This document shows positions 11,356-20,826 of a DNA stretch of 64,000 nt, piece by piece (the stretch's first letter is position 1; every line of letters starts with the position of its first letter). Position numbers and translations under genes: made by a program. The notes below the pieces were generated by a model. That model was not told where the DNA came from and did not search any database. It saw only the letters and a program-made list of their open reading frames with translations. The stretch comes from Mobula hypostoma. Lineage: Eukaryota. Location: contig NC_086097.1 of assembly GCF_963921235.1 (NCBI RefSeq), positions 98,086,001 through 98,150,000 of the forward strand, read 5' to 3'.

Positions 11356-12835
11356 ATGGAATTCTGCAAACTAAACAGGCGGGTGGTCCTTGGCCTGTCG
11401 ATAGGCAGTGCTACCATCATCATTGGCTGGTGGGCCTACCAGAATTTCGCCAAGAAGCGCCACCAAGCTGTGAAGGCCAAGCACGTAATTGGCACAGCTC
11501 AGCCAGTGGATTGCAAAGCGCAGTCCAAGGTTAGAAGCCAGAATATGGAGGAGGGGAGTATAGAATCAGGAGATGGAGGAAACGAGCAGGGGATCTCATC
11601 ACAGGGACTGGCAGATCGAAGGCTAAGTCCCGATCCGGCTCCGGAAGATCGAGGGCTTAGTCCCGCACTGGCTCCGGAAGATCGAGAGCTCGGTCCCGGA
11701 CCAGCTCCGGAAGATCGAGGGCTCGGCCCCGGACCGGCTCCGGAAGATCGAGGGCCAAGTCCCGACCCGGCACCGGAAGATCGAGGGCCAAACCCCGGAC
11801 CGGCTCCGGAAGATCGAGGGCCAAGCCCCGGACCGGCTCCGGAAGATCGAGGTCCTGGTCCCGCACCGGCTCCGGAAGATCGAGGGCTCGGCCCCGGACC
11901 GGCTCCGGAAGATCGAGGGCTCGGTCCTGACCCGGCTCCGGAAGATCGAGGGCCAAGCCCCAGACCGGCTCCGGAAGATCGAGGTCCAAGTCCCGACCCA
12001 GCTCCGGAAGATCGAGGGCCAAGCCCCGGACCGGCTCCGGAAGATCGAGGTCCTGGTCCCGCACCGGCTCCGGAAGATCGAGGGCTCGGCCCCGGACCGG
12101 CTCCGGAAGATCGAGGGCTCGGTCCCGACCCGGCTCCTGAAGATCGAGGGCTCGGTCCTGACCCGGCTCCGGAAGATCGAGGGCCAAGCCCCAGACCGGC
12201 TCCGGAAGATCGAGGTCCAAGTCCCGACCCAGCTCCGGAAGATCGAGGGCCAAGCCCCAGACCGGCTCCGGAAAATCGAGAGCCAAGACCTGACTCGGGT
12301 CCAGAAGATCGAGGGCCAAGTCCCGACCCGGCTCCGGAAGATCGAGGGCCAAGTCCCGAACCAGCTCTTGGGCATACCCAAATAGAGGTGACTGAACTGG
12401 AGCTGAGCCCAGTGGACAAACACTGGAATCGAGAGGATGAGAGGGAGGAAAATGGACGGGAGGGCAAAGCAACCATCAGAGATCAGCAGGAGCAGAAGGT
12501 TGAAGAGAGGCTAGGGGGTGGGTCGGGTGACTTCACCAATGTGCAAGTGGGCATGAGGAGGGGAATAAAATTGGGCAAGAGAAAGAGATCCCTGGAGGAG
12601 TCGGCTGGAGAGAGGAAGCGCATGAGAAAGTGGCAGACAAAACTCCAAAGGAGACAGCCAAGAGTAGGGCAGAGGATTGGAAGGGGACAACGCAGAGCCT
12701 GGAGAAGAGTTCTCAGGTTTAGGGAACTGGTGCCTGAAGATGGGTCAAAGAAAGTAGGGAAATGGAAAGAGGAATCGTCTGGTCCTGGAGGAAACACAGA
12801 AGGCTGGAATCCACAATCTTCTGAAGTTGATGAAG
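11356..12835 (+). CDS. Exon 1 of anchor-repeat-PH gene, copy 1 (signal-anchor + 23x11-aa Pro-rich repeat + charged/basic segment)
   Basis: ATG at 11356 (MEFCKLNRRVVLGLSIGSATIIIGWWAYQNFAKKRH), open through the repeat array. Donor GAAG|gtaaaa after 12835 is phase 1 and matches exon 2. Unspliced, the ORF stops at 12882. Confidence 0.75.
11614..12372 (+). repeat. Coding minisatellite, 33-bp unit x23 (DRGPSPDPAPE-type)
   Basis: Counted 23 in-frame units of gatcgagggccaagtcccgacccggctccggaa-like sequence (759 bp). Confidence 0.97.
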
Positions 12836-13109
12836 GTAAAAATAAATGTATAGACACAATTGCTGTATCTTTTTTTATATAAAGGGGGCTGTGTTCCAAA
12901 GACTTTGGGGCACTGGAATATCCAAGTTGTAGAAGGCTACTGATCAAATGCTGATTTCTGGGGCTAGTATAGATGACATCATCGAAATGGTGGGTCGAAG
13001 GGCCTGTTTCTGCGCAGATCTCTCAATGACACGTCATGACCTCACAGATCCTTTGTTTACCTGCAGTCTCCCACCCACATTAATTATCTCACTCCCCTTG
13101 CCACTGGTA

Positions 13110-13235
13110 CGGCACAGTGGAGAAGCAGTTAGTGCGACGCTCCATAGGGCCAGTGATCTCCGATCGGGGTGCAGTTCCACTGCTCTCTGTAAGGAGTTTG
13201 TACATTCTCCCCAAGACACCATGGAGTTCCTCCAA
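13110..13235 (+). mobile_element. V-SINE (HE1-like) fragment; related copies at ~14982-15285, ~27586-27710, ~29790-30095, ~58813-59470
   Basis: tRNA-like head followed by tgtaaggagtttgtacattctcccc...ggtttcctcc core shared between copies; the 58.8 kb copy is split by a CR1 fragment (~58985-59390). Confidence 0.6.
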
Positions 13236-13282
13236 GTTCAGTTGAAAGCTTCCAATCCTCCCCCCCGCCAACTTTCATATCG

Positions 13283-13712
13283 ATTGTGCAGAGGAGATTC
13301 ACCAGGATGCTGCCTGGGCTAGTTTAATCCATCCTCATGTAGTCTTATGAGGACAGGGTGAGCACACAAGGGCTTTTCTCTTTGGAGTGAAGGAGGGTGA
13401 GAGGGGACTTGAGAGAAGTGTACAAGGTCATAACAAACATAGATCGAGTGGATAGCCAGAGATATTTTCCCAGGGAGGGAATGGAAAATAGCAGGGAGTG
13501 TACACAGAGAGTGGTGTGTGTGGAGAACCACCCCAGGGGTTGTGGTAGAGGCAGATACATTAGGTACATTTAAGAAATACCTGGACAGAGCACATGAATG
13601 ATAGAAAAAGGGAGTGCTCTATCTGGGGAAAGGGTTATATTGATCTTAGAACAGGTTAAAAGTTTGACACAATACTGTGGGCTGAAGGGCCTGTGGTGTG
13701 CTCTGGTGTTCT
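13283..13712 (+). mobile_element. Old CR1 3' fragment in intron 1 (duplicate at ~27722-28150)
   Basis: VQRRFTRMLPGL motif and CR1 3' end. Confidence 0.7.
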
Positions 13713-13959
13713 ATCCCACTCATTGCAATACCTTCCCCTCTCCTACCCATTAACACCCTTCCTCTGTCCTCCACTGCTCTCCCCTACCTTCCTAACTCCT
13801 GACTACTTACCCCTGCCTCACCAGATCCTCACTCTCCACTTGTCTGTTCCATCACTCCTTCCCTCCCTTCCACTTCCCCTTCACTACCCACTCTCCGCAC
13901 CCTCCACTTCCATTCTGCCATCTCTCCATCAGATGCGTCCTCTCCGTGTTCCTCCCAAG

Positions 13960-14124
13960 GCCTCAAGAATGACAACGATATTCAAGTCATGCTCAAGGGT
14001 ACTCACATGCTGAAGATCAAATCCAGCTCATGGATGAAGTCACGCTACTACAAACTGAATGAAGACTGCTGGACGGTGAGGTATAATTCCAAAAAAATCC
14101 TGAAGTCAGCCAGGAGCCAAATGT
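13960..14124 (+). CDS. PLCD1-like: Exon 2, copy 1: N-terminal half of PLC-delta1-like PH domain
   Basis: Acceptor cctcccaag|, donor T|gtgagt, 165 nt. Encodes GLKNDNDIQVMLKGTHMLKIKSSSWMKSRYYKLNEDCWTVRYNSKKILKSARSQM, co-linear with PLCD1 [46 protein letters not shown] (recalled sequence). Confidence 0.92.
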
Positions 14125-14443
14125 GTGAGTGTTGCTCAAGTCTTGGGAGGGTTGGTGTGACAGCAAACGTAGTTTTAAAAAGTTTTTAAAAATTGTCTTG
14201 GGCATCAACAAGTGCAGGGATTAGTCCTTGATTCCTGGTATGGCACCACACTGAGGCCAGTAGAGTTACTGCTTCATGGCACTAGTTACCTGGATTCTAT
14301 CTTTTATTGATTCTATTTTATTTGGAGATAAGAGTGCAGACAGATCCTTCTGGCCCAAAAGGCCACACCACCCAGCGGTCCACCTGTTTAATGTCAGACA
14401 AATCACAGGACAATTCACCTACCCTGCTGTGTTCCTCCAGCAT

Positions 14444-14463
14444 TGTGTCTGTGTGTGTGTGTG

Positions 14464-14494
<31 letters not shown>

Positions 14495-14520
14495 CTCTGT
14501 GTGTGTGTCTGTGTGTGTGT
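14444..14520. repeat. Imperfect (GT)n microsatellite, intron 2 of copy 1
   Basis: Seen directly, ~77 bp. Confidence 0.97.
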
Positions 14521-14770
14521 TTTGCTCAGGAAAACAACTATCCAATTCATTCAGCATTCCACAGGGGGAAGAACTTTCAGACAATATGACCCATATGTTG
14601 CAATAAGCTCCTTTCTCTCTCACCTCCTGGACCATTTCCATTTCTCTGTTCATCCAGGTTTCCCATAAACATGACATGAGTCATATCCATTAAGCAGGAG
14701 CTACAGAAACCTGAAGCCCCACACCTCACAACCCTAATTTCTACAGTTTATCAACACAATGATGCCTTTG

Positions 14771-15338
14771 CACAAGAGATTCTGCAGATGGTAGAACAAC
14801 ACACACAAAATGCAGAATGAACTCAGCAGGTCAGGCAGCATCCATAACTGTTCACACACACACACACACAGGCTGAGACCCGTCTGCAGGACTCAGCCTG
14901 ATGGAGAATGTTGGCCTTAAGTGTTGGCTCTTTATTCCTCACCATAGATGCTGCCTGACCTGCAGAGTTCCTCCAGCATTTTAGGGCACCACAATAGCAG
15001 AGTGGTTCGTGTGATGTTGTTGCTGCTCGGTCAGGGATGGGGGGCAGGGAGTGGGCAGGTAATAATTCAAAGTTCAACACCAATGCCGTGTGTAAGGAGT
15101 TTGTATATTCTCCCCGTGACCATGTGGGTTTCCTCCTGCAGTTCGAAGAAGGCTGACTGGTCATTGTAAATTTTCCTGTGATTAGGCTGCTGTTAAATAG
15201 GTGGGGTGTTGGGCGATGTGGCTTTTTGGAGAAGAAGGGCCAGTCCCACAGTGTATCTCTGAATAGATGAAGTGCTGTGAATAAATAACTTTCTGTGTGT
15301 GTTACTCTGCATTTCCAGCTTCTGCAGAATCTCTTGTG
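14771..15338. mobile_element. Small non-autonomous PLE-related element with inverted termini, interrupted by a SINE (duplicate at ~29577-30146)
   Basis: cacaagagattctgcaga at 14771 vs tctgcagaatctcttgtg ending 15338; internal inverted pair gcaggtcaggcagcatc / gatgctgcctgacctgc shared with PLE pseudo-LTRs. Confidence 0.6.
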
Positions 15339-15416
15339 CTTGTGAATCTGTGACTGAATCTCTTGTTCTGATCTCTGCTGCCATTTTACTCTCTCCCCCA
15401 ACCCGACCCCTTGCAG

Positions 15417-15856
15417 TCTCAATCGACGACATCAAAGAATTAAGACCTGGTCACCAGACGGAGGGAATGCAGCGGTACGCCACCGAGATACCCACCGACC
15501 GCTGTTTTACCATCATATTTAAGGGCACGAGGGAGAACTTGGATCTGGTGGCCTCCGACACCAGCGAGGCCTGGCATTGGATCCACGGTCTTGCCAAACT
15601 AAAGCAGAGAGGCTGCAGAATGAACAACAGAGAGCGGCTGGGCCAGCATCCATCTAGGAGGGTTGTCGCGGCAGACCGCCACGGAGAGAGGGGCCACTTC
15701 CCTCATGGTCTCCAACAGCAGCCCCCAAGTCCACCCCTACCCCATGCCGAAGGTCAAAGGCACCTCCCCATGTTAGAAACTTTTGCTGCTTGTTTCCCCA
15801 ATGTGACTTACACTTCCCTCAGGCCCTCAGACTCCGTAGATTCCATTAGTTACTAA
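15417..15856 (+). CDS. PLCD1-like: Exon 3, copy 1: C-terminal half of PLC-delta1-like PH domain plus read-through tail to stop
   Basis: Acceptor cccttgcag|. T+TC gives FSIDDIKELRPGHQTEGMQRYATEIPTDRCFTIIFKGTRENLDLVASDTSEAWHWIHGL, matching PLCD1 FSIEDIQEVRMGHRTEG...RCFSIVFK...LDL...HWVLGL. Homology ends at 15645; frame stays open to TAA at 15854-15856. Confidence 0.88.
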
Positions 15857-15900
15857 TGGCTTTTTAGTATTAGTTTAATAGATAGTCAATCCTTAGGTTT

Positions 15901-16482
15901 CATAGAAACATAGAAAATAGGTACAGAAGTAGGCTACTCGGCCCTTCGAGCCTGCACCGCCATTTATTATGATCATGGCTGATCATCCAACTCAGAACCC
16001 AGCCTTCCCTCCATACCCCCTGACCCCTGTAGCCACAAGGGCTATATCTAACTCCCTCTTAAACATAGCCAATGAACTGGCCTCAACTGTTTGCTGTGGC
16101 AGAGAATTCCACAGATTCACCACTCTCTGTGTGAAGAGGTTTTTCCTAATCTCGGTCCTAAAAGGCTTCCCCTCTATCCTCAAACTGTGACCCCTCGTTC
16201 TGGACCTCCCCAACATCGGAAACAATCTTCCCGCATCTAGCCTGTCCAATCCCTTTAGGATCTTATACGTTTCAATCAGATCCCCCCTCAATCTTCTAAA
16301 TTCCAACGAGTACAAGCCCAGTTCATCCAGTCTTTCTTCATATGAAAGACCTGCCATCCCAGGAATCAATGGTGAACCTTCTTTGTACTCCCTCTATGGC
16401 AAAGATGTCTTTCCTCAGATTAGGGGACCAAAACTGTACACAATACTCCAGGTGTGGTCTCACCAAGGCCTTGTACAACTGC
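15901..16482 (-). mobile_element. CR1 3' stub (duplicate at 30709-31292)
   Basis: catagaaacatag tail; LGLYSLEFRRLRGDLIETYK; same family as 1756-4206. Confidence 0.93.
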
Positions 16483-16504
16483 CTTGTTTCAACATGTTAT
16501 AGGT

Positions 16505-19500
16505 ATTATAGGCTAAACTTAAGTCCTCTGAGAGGAGGACCCCCCACAAAAGCCACAAAGAATCTATGGAAAAGATACCCCCGGGGTGCCTGAGAGGGGG
16601 GGAGGATGAGCACCCCAGTCGGATGGACACAACAACATCAGACCCAGGCAATGAACAAACGACCATGAGGAAGCAGTGTGCATGTGGCAAAATCTGCAAG
16701 AACGATCGTGGCTTGAAGATCCACCAAGCGAGGATGAAGTGTTTGGCGGGAGCGGGAGCAGGAGCAGCACAACGCGCAGGTGTCCAACCTGGGGAGACGA
16801 AGGAGGGGCCAGGCCCGGAGTCACCCCATAGTGCCCGGAACCTCCATGTGTTGCAAACTAATCCCTCGAACATGAAGTCTAACAGGAGGTGGATCAAATG
16901 GCCTGCAGCTAACATGACTTCACTATGGAAGCAGTTTGATGACCATGTTAACCAAATTCTGGAGGCAACGGCGAAGGGGAGGGTTGATAGGAAGTTGCAA
17001 GCCATGACAACAATTATCGTTAGTATCGCAGCTGAACGGTTCGGAGAAGCGGAGTAGGAAGGCTCCAAAACACCTTACTCGAAGAACCAAAGAGCATCGA
17101 GGATCCACAACATCAGGCAGGAGGTGAAAGCGCTGAAGTCCCAATACAAGTAGGCGGGAGAAGAGGAGCGCATTGGCCTGGCCCAGCTGATGTGCATACT
17201 ACGAAAGAAGATCAGGGTCCTCCGCCGGGCAGAATGGCATTGGAGGCGGCGTCATGAAAGGGCCCGAAAACATGCTGCCTTTATCGCCAACCCCTTCAAG
17301 TTCACCAAGGAGTTGCTGGGGGAGAAGCGCAGTGGGAAACTGGCCTGTTCGCAGGAAGACATAGACCAACATCTGAAAAAGATATATAATGATCCTGAAA
17401 GAGAGCAGGAGTTGAGAGAGTGCGACATCCTAATAGACCCACCAGAACCGGATGTGCAGTTCGACGTGTCAGAGCTGCAACTAAAGGAAGTCAGAGAGGT
17501 CGTCCGCAAAGCAAGGGCAAGCTCGGCTCCAGGACCAAGCAGCACCTCGTACAAAGTGTACAAGAACTGCCCCAAACTCCTGCTGCGTCTGTGGAAGATC
17601 CTGAGAATCTTCTGGAGAAGGGGGAAGATCCCAGAACAGTGGAGAGTGGCTGAAGGGGTGTGGATCCCGAAGGAGGAAAATGCCACCCAGATAGATCAGT
17701 TTCGCATCATCTCCCTGCTGTGTGTCGAGGCAAAGATCTTCTTCAGTGCAGTTTCCAACTGGTTGTGCACCTACCTAGCAAAGAACACCTATATTGATAC
17801 ATCGGTCCAGAAGGGTGGCATTTCAGGGATGCCGGGCTGTCTGGAGCACATCGGTGTGGTGACACAGCTCATCAGGGAGGCCAGAGAGAACAAGAGCAAC
17901 CTGTCAGTGTTGTGGCTGGACCTGGCAAATGCATATGGCTCCATTCCGCACAAGCTGGTGCAGCTCACACTGACCAAATATCACATCCCCAGCAGAATCA
18001 GAGACCTTATCGCTGATTATTACAGCAACTTCAGGATGAGGGTCTCTTCAGGAGCAATTACATCAACCTGGCACAAGGTGGAGGTCGGCATCATCACAGG
18101 GTGCACTATCTCAGTGACACTGTTCTCCCTAGCCATGAACATGCTCACTAAGTCTGCTGAACCAGAGTGCAGAGGGCCCAGAATGAATTCCGCTCAACGG
18201 CAACCACCTATCAGGGCATTCATGGATGACCTCACAGTCACCACAGAATCAGTCCCAGGCTGCCAGTGAATTCTTCAAGGGTTCGAAAAGCTGGTGGAGT
18301 GGGCCCGGATACGTTTCAAACCTGCCAAATCAAGATCGATGGTGCTGAGGAAAGGGAAGGTGGAGAACAAGTTCCGGTTCAACATCGCAGGCACAGCCAT
18401 GCCAACCATCACAGAAAAGCCAGTCAAGAGCTTAGGCAAAGTTTTTGACAGCTCTTTAAGGGACACAACATCCATTCAGGCAACCTGCACCGAGTTGGAT
18501 GGCTGGCTGAAATCTGTGGACAAGTCTGGCCTACCTGGGAAGTTTAAAGCCTGGGTGTCTCAGCATGGCATTCTTCCCAGAATCCTGTGGCCCCTCCTTG
18601 TCTACGCAGTTCCGATCTCGACATTCGAAACCTAAAGAGAGGAGGGTTAGCAACCACCTCAGGAGATGGCTGGGGCTGCAAAAGAGCCTGAGCAGCATCG
18701 CACTCTATGGACACCACAACAAACTGCAACTGCCCTTCAAATCCTTGGAGGAAGAATTCAAGGTAACTAGAGCCAGAGAAGTGCTACGGTATAGGGACTC
18801 AAGTGATCCGAAAGTGGCTAGAGCAGGGATCCAAGTAAGTACTGGCAGGAAGTGGAGGGCAGAGGAAGCTGTTCAGGAGGCAGAGGCGAGGCTGCGTCAC
18901 AGGAGGCTGGTGGGAGTGGTCACACAAGGCCGAGCTGGGCTAGGAACCTTTCCAACTCCCCAACTGGACACCAGAGGGAATGAAAGGCGTCGTCTAGTTC
19001 AGGAGGAGGTGAGAGCAGTAGTGGAGGAGATGAGAGCTTGCAAGGCGATGGGAATGAAGCAACAGGGAGCTTGGACAAGATGGGAGAATGCGGTTGAGAG
19101 GCAAGTGACCTGGGCTGATCTTTGGAAAGCCGAACCACACCACATCCAATTTCTCATCCAGGCAGTGTACGATGTGCTTCCAAGCCCATCAAACCTGCAC
19201 ACATGGGGCAAGGCAGAGTCATCTGCGTGCCCACTGTGCTCCAAGCGAGGAACCCTGGAGCACATCCTCAGCGGCTGTGCAAGAGCACTTGGTGAGGGAC
19301 GGTACCGATGGAGGCATGATCAGGTCCTGAAGACCATCGCTGAAGCCGTCAGCGCAGGAGTTCAGTGGGCGAAGCGGTCCCGACCCTCCAAGCAGACCAT
19401 TGCCTTTGTCAGAGCTGGGGAGCAGCCAATACCTGCCAAAAGAACATCTGCAGGCATTCTGACCTCTGCAACGGACTGGCAGCTGAAGTTCCCCAACCGT

Positions 19501-20008
19501 ATCGCAGCCACCACCCTGCGACCAGACATTATCCTTGTGTCTGAGTCTACTAAGCAAGTGGTGCTGCTGGAGCTGACAGTCCCATGGGAAGATAGCTTGG
19601 AGGAGGCCTTTGAAAGGAAGCTCTCCAAGTACGCAGGACTGGTCAGCAATTGCCAGCAGGCTGGTTGGAGGGCAAGGTGTCTCCCAGTGGAGGTTGGTTG
19701 TAGGGGATTCATAGCCCATTCTTTAGTTAGAGCCTTCAGCATTTTGAGCATCGAGGGAGAGAGGAAGAGGAGAGCCATCCGCAGTACCACCGATGCGACA
19801 GAGAGGGCCTCAAGATGGCTGTGGCTCAAAAGAGGGGAGCCATGGAGTCATAAGTAGCTAGCCATCTGGACACAAGCTGAGGTCTGATCAGCCCCGGCTG
19901 GGTCCCTGGAGGAGGTTGTATGATGTTGAAAGACCCGAAACACCCGATAATTCCAGGAACATCACTGAAGATGTGTCCAGAAGCATCAATAGATGTATGT
20001 ACACAGCA
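16505..20008 (+). mobile_element. Hero-clade (R2 group, REL endonuclease) non-LTR retrotransposon, apparently full length, disrupted
   Basis: Zn finger CACGKICKNDRGLKIHQARMKC, RT (WLDLANAYGS, GIITGCTISV, AFMDD), CPLC..TLEHILSGC, RHD / RPDI / ELTVPWE / KLSKY endonuclease. Probable TSD atgtta(t/c)aggt at 16494-16504 and 20009-20019. Three stops and one frameshift. Confidence 0.9.
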
Positions 20009-20009
20009 A

Positions 20010-20430
20010 TGTTACAGGTGTTTATGAAAAATAAAGTTACTTTAAAGCTCTGAGTGAGATACTTTATTGATATAATATTCTTCCAATCAGCGACGAAAAT
20101 ACAATTAATATTTTGTTTTTACAACCAATGCTGATGGTGGATGAAACCCTGTTTGCAAAATACGTCAGGCACTGCATTTTAAACGAGTAATGAATCCTCT
20201 ATGTCGTCCTACCATCAAAGAAGGATGCTTCGTTACACAAGTCATGATATTTTCCAGCGGAATTTTGCTTTTCAAAAACGCTTCCACCTTTTGTACCTGT
20301 CTTCAACTTTCAGGATAAAAGCATTTCCTCACTGCTGTAATCTCACGTGAAAAAGTATCAATATTGAATATACATGTAAAAATAAAACTAGCTTTTTCGG
20401 CAGGTTCTCAGATAGTGTCACAGAGTCTGA
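20010..20430 (-). pseudogene. hAT (Buster/Charlie-type) transposase fossil (duplicate at ~34802-35220)
   Basis: Manual minus-strand translation across frames: EEMLLS*KLKTGTKGGSVFEK, KIPLENIMTC, MVGRHRGFITRLK, VPDVFC...FIHHQH, resembling Buster-type EEMLF..L.T.TKG, GAPAMVGRHRGF, HCVIHRQH motifs. Confidence 0.7.
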
Positions 20431-20509
20431 GCAAAGTACAGCACCGAAACAGGCCCTTCAGCCCATCAAGTCCATGCCAAACTATTTAAGCTGCCTTCTC
20501 CCATCGATC

Positions 20510-20826
20510 AGAGAAGATTCATGAGGATGATTCCAGGAATGAAAGGGTTACCGTATGAGGAACGTCTGGCAGCTCTTGGGCTGTATTCCCCGGAGTTCAG
20601 GAGAATGATGGGGGGATCTCACTGAAACATTCCAAATGTTAAAAGGCCAGAACAGATTAGATATGGCAAAGTTATTTCCCATGGTAGGGGAGTCTAGAAA
20701 AACAGGGCACGACTTCAAGATTGAAGGAACAGAGATGTGGAGAAATTACTTTTGTCAAAGGGTGGTATGTCTGTGGAATTTGTTGCCACGAGTGGCTGTG
20801 GAGGCCAAGCCACTGGATGCATTTAA
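20510..20826 (+). mobile_element. CR1 3' fragment (duplicate at ~35303-35619)
   Basis: RRFMRMIPGMKGLPYEERL; LFPMVGESR. Confidence 0.8.

Noticed and set aside
11614..12372. 33-bp periodic array as a CRISPR-like array
   Set aside because: Units are contiguous variants of one another with no unique spacers; eukaryotic context; in-frame coding VNTR.
11499..12476. Long minus-strand ORFs over the repeat (also 26173-26952)
   Set aside because: By-products of a stop-free 33-bp repeat; only the plus frame connects to splice sites and the PH exons.
19885..19985. Ribozyme in the Hero 3' UTR (tgatg...gaaa, ctgaaga hairpin)
   Set aside because: Some hairpins are present but I could not build a full hammerhead or HDV fold.
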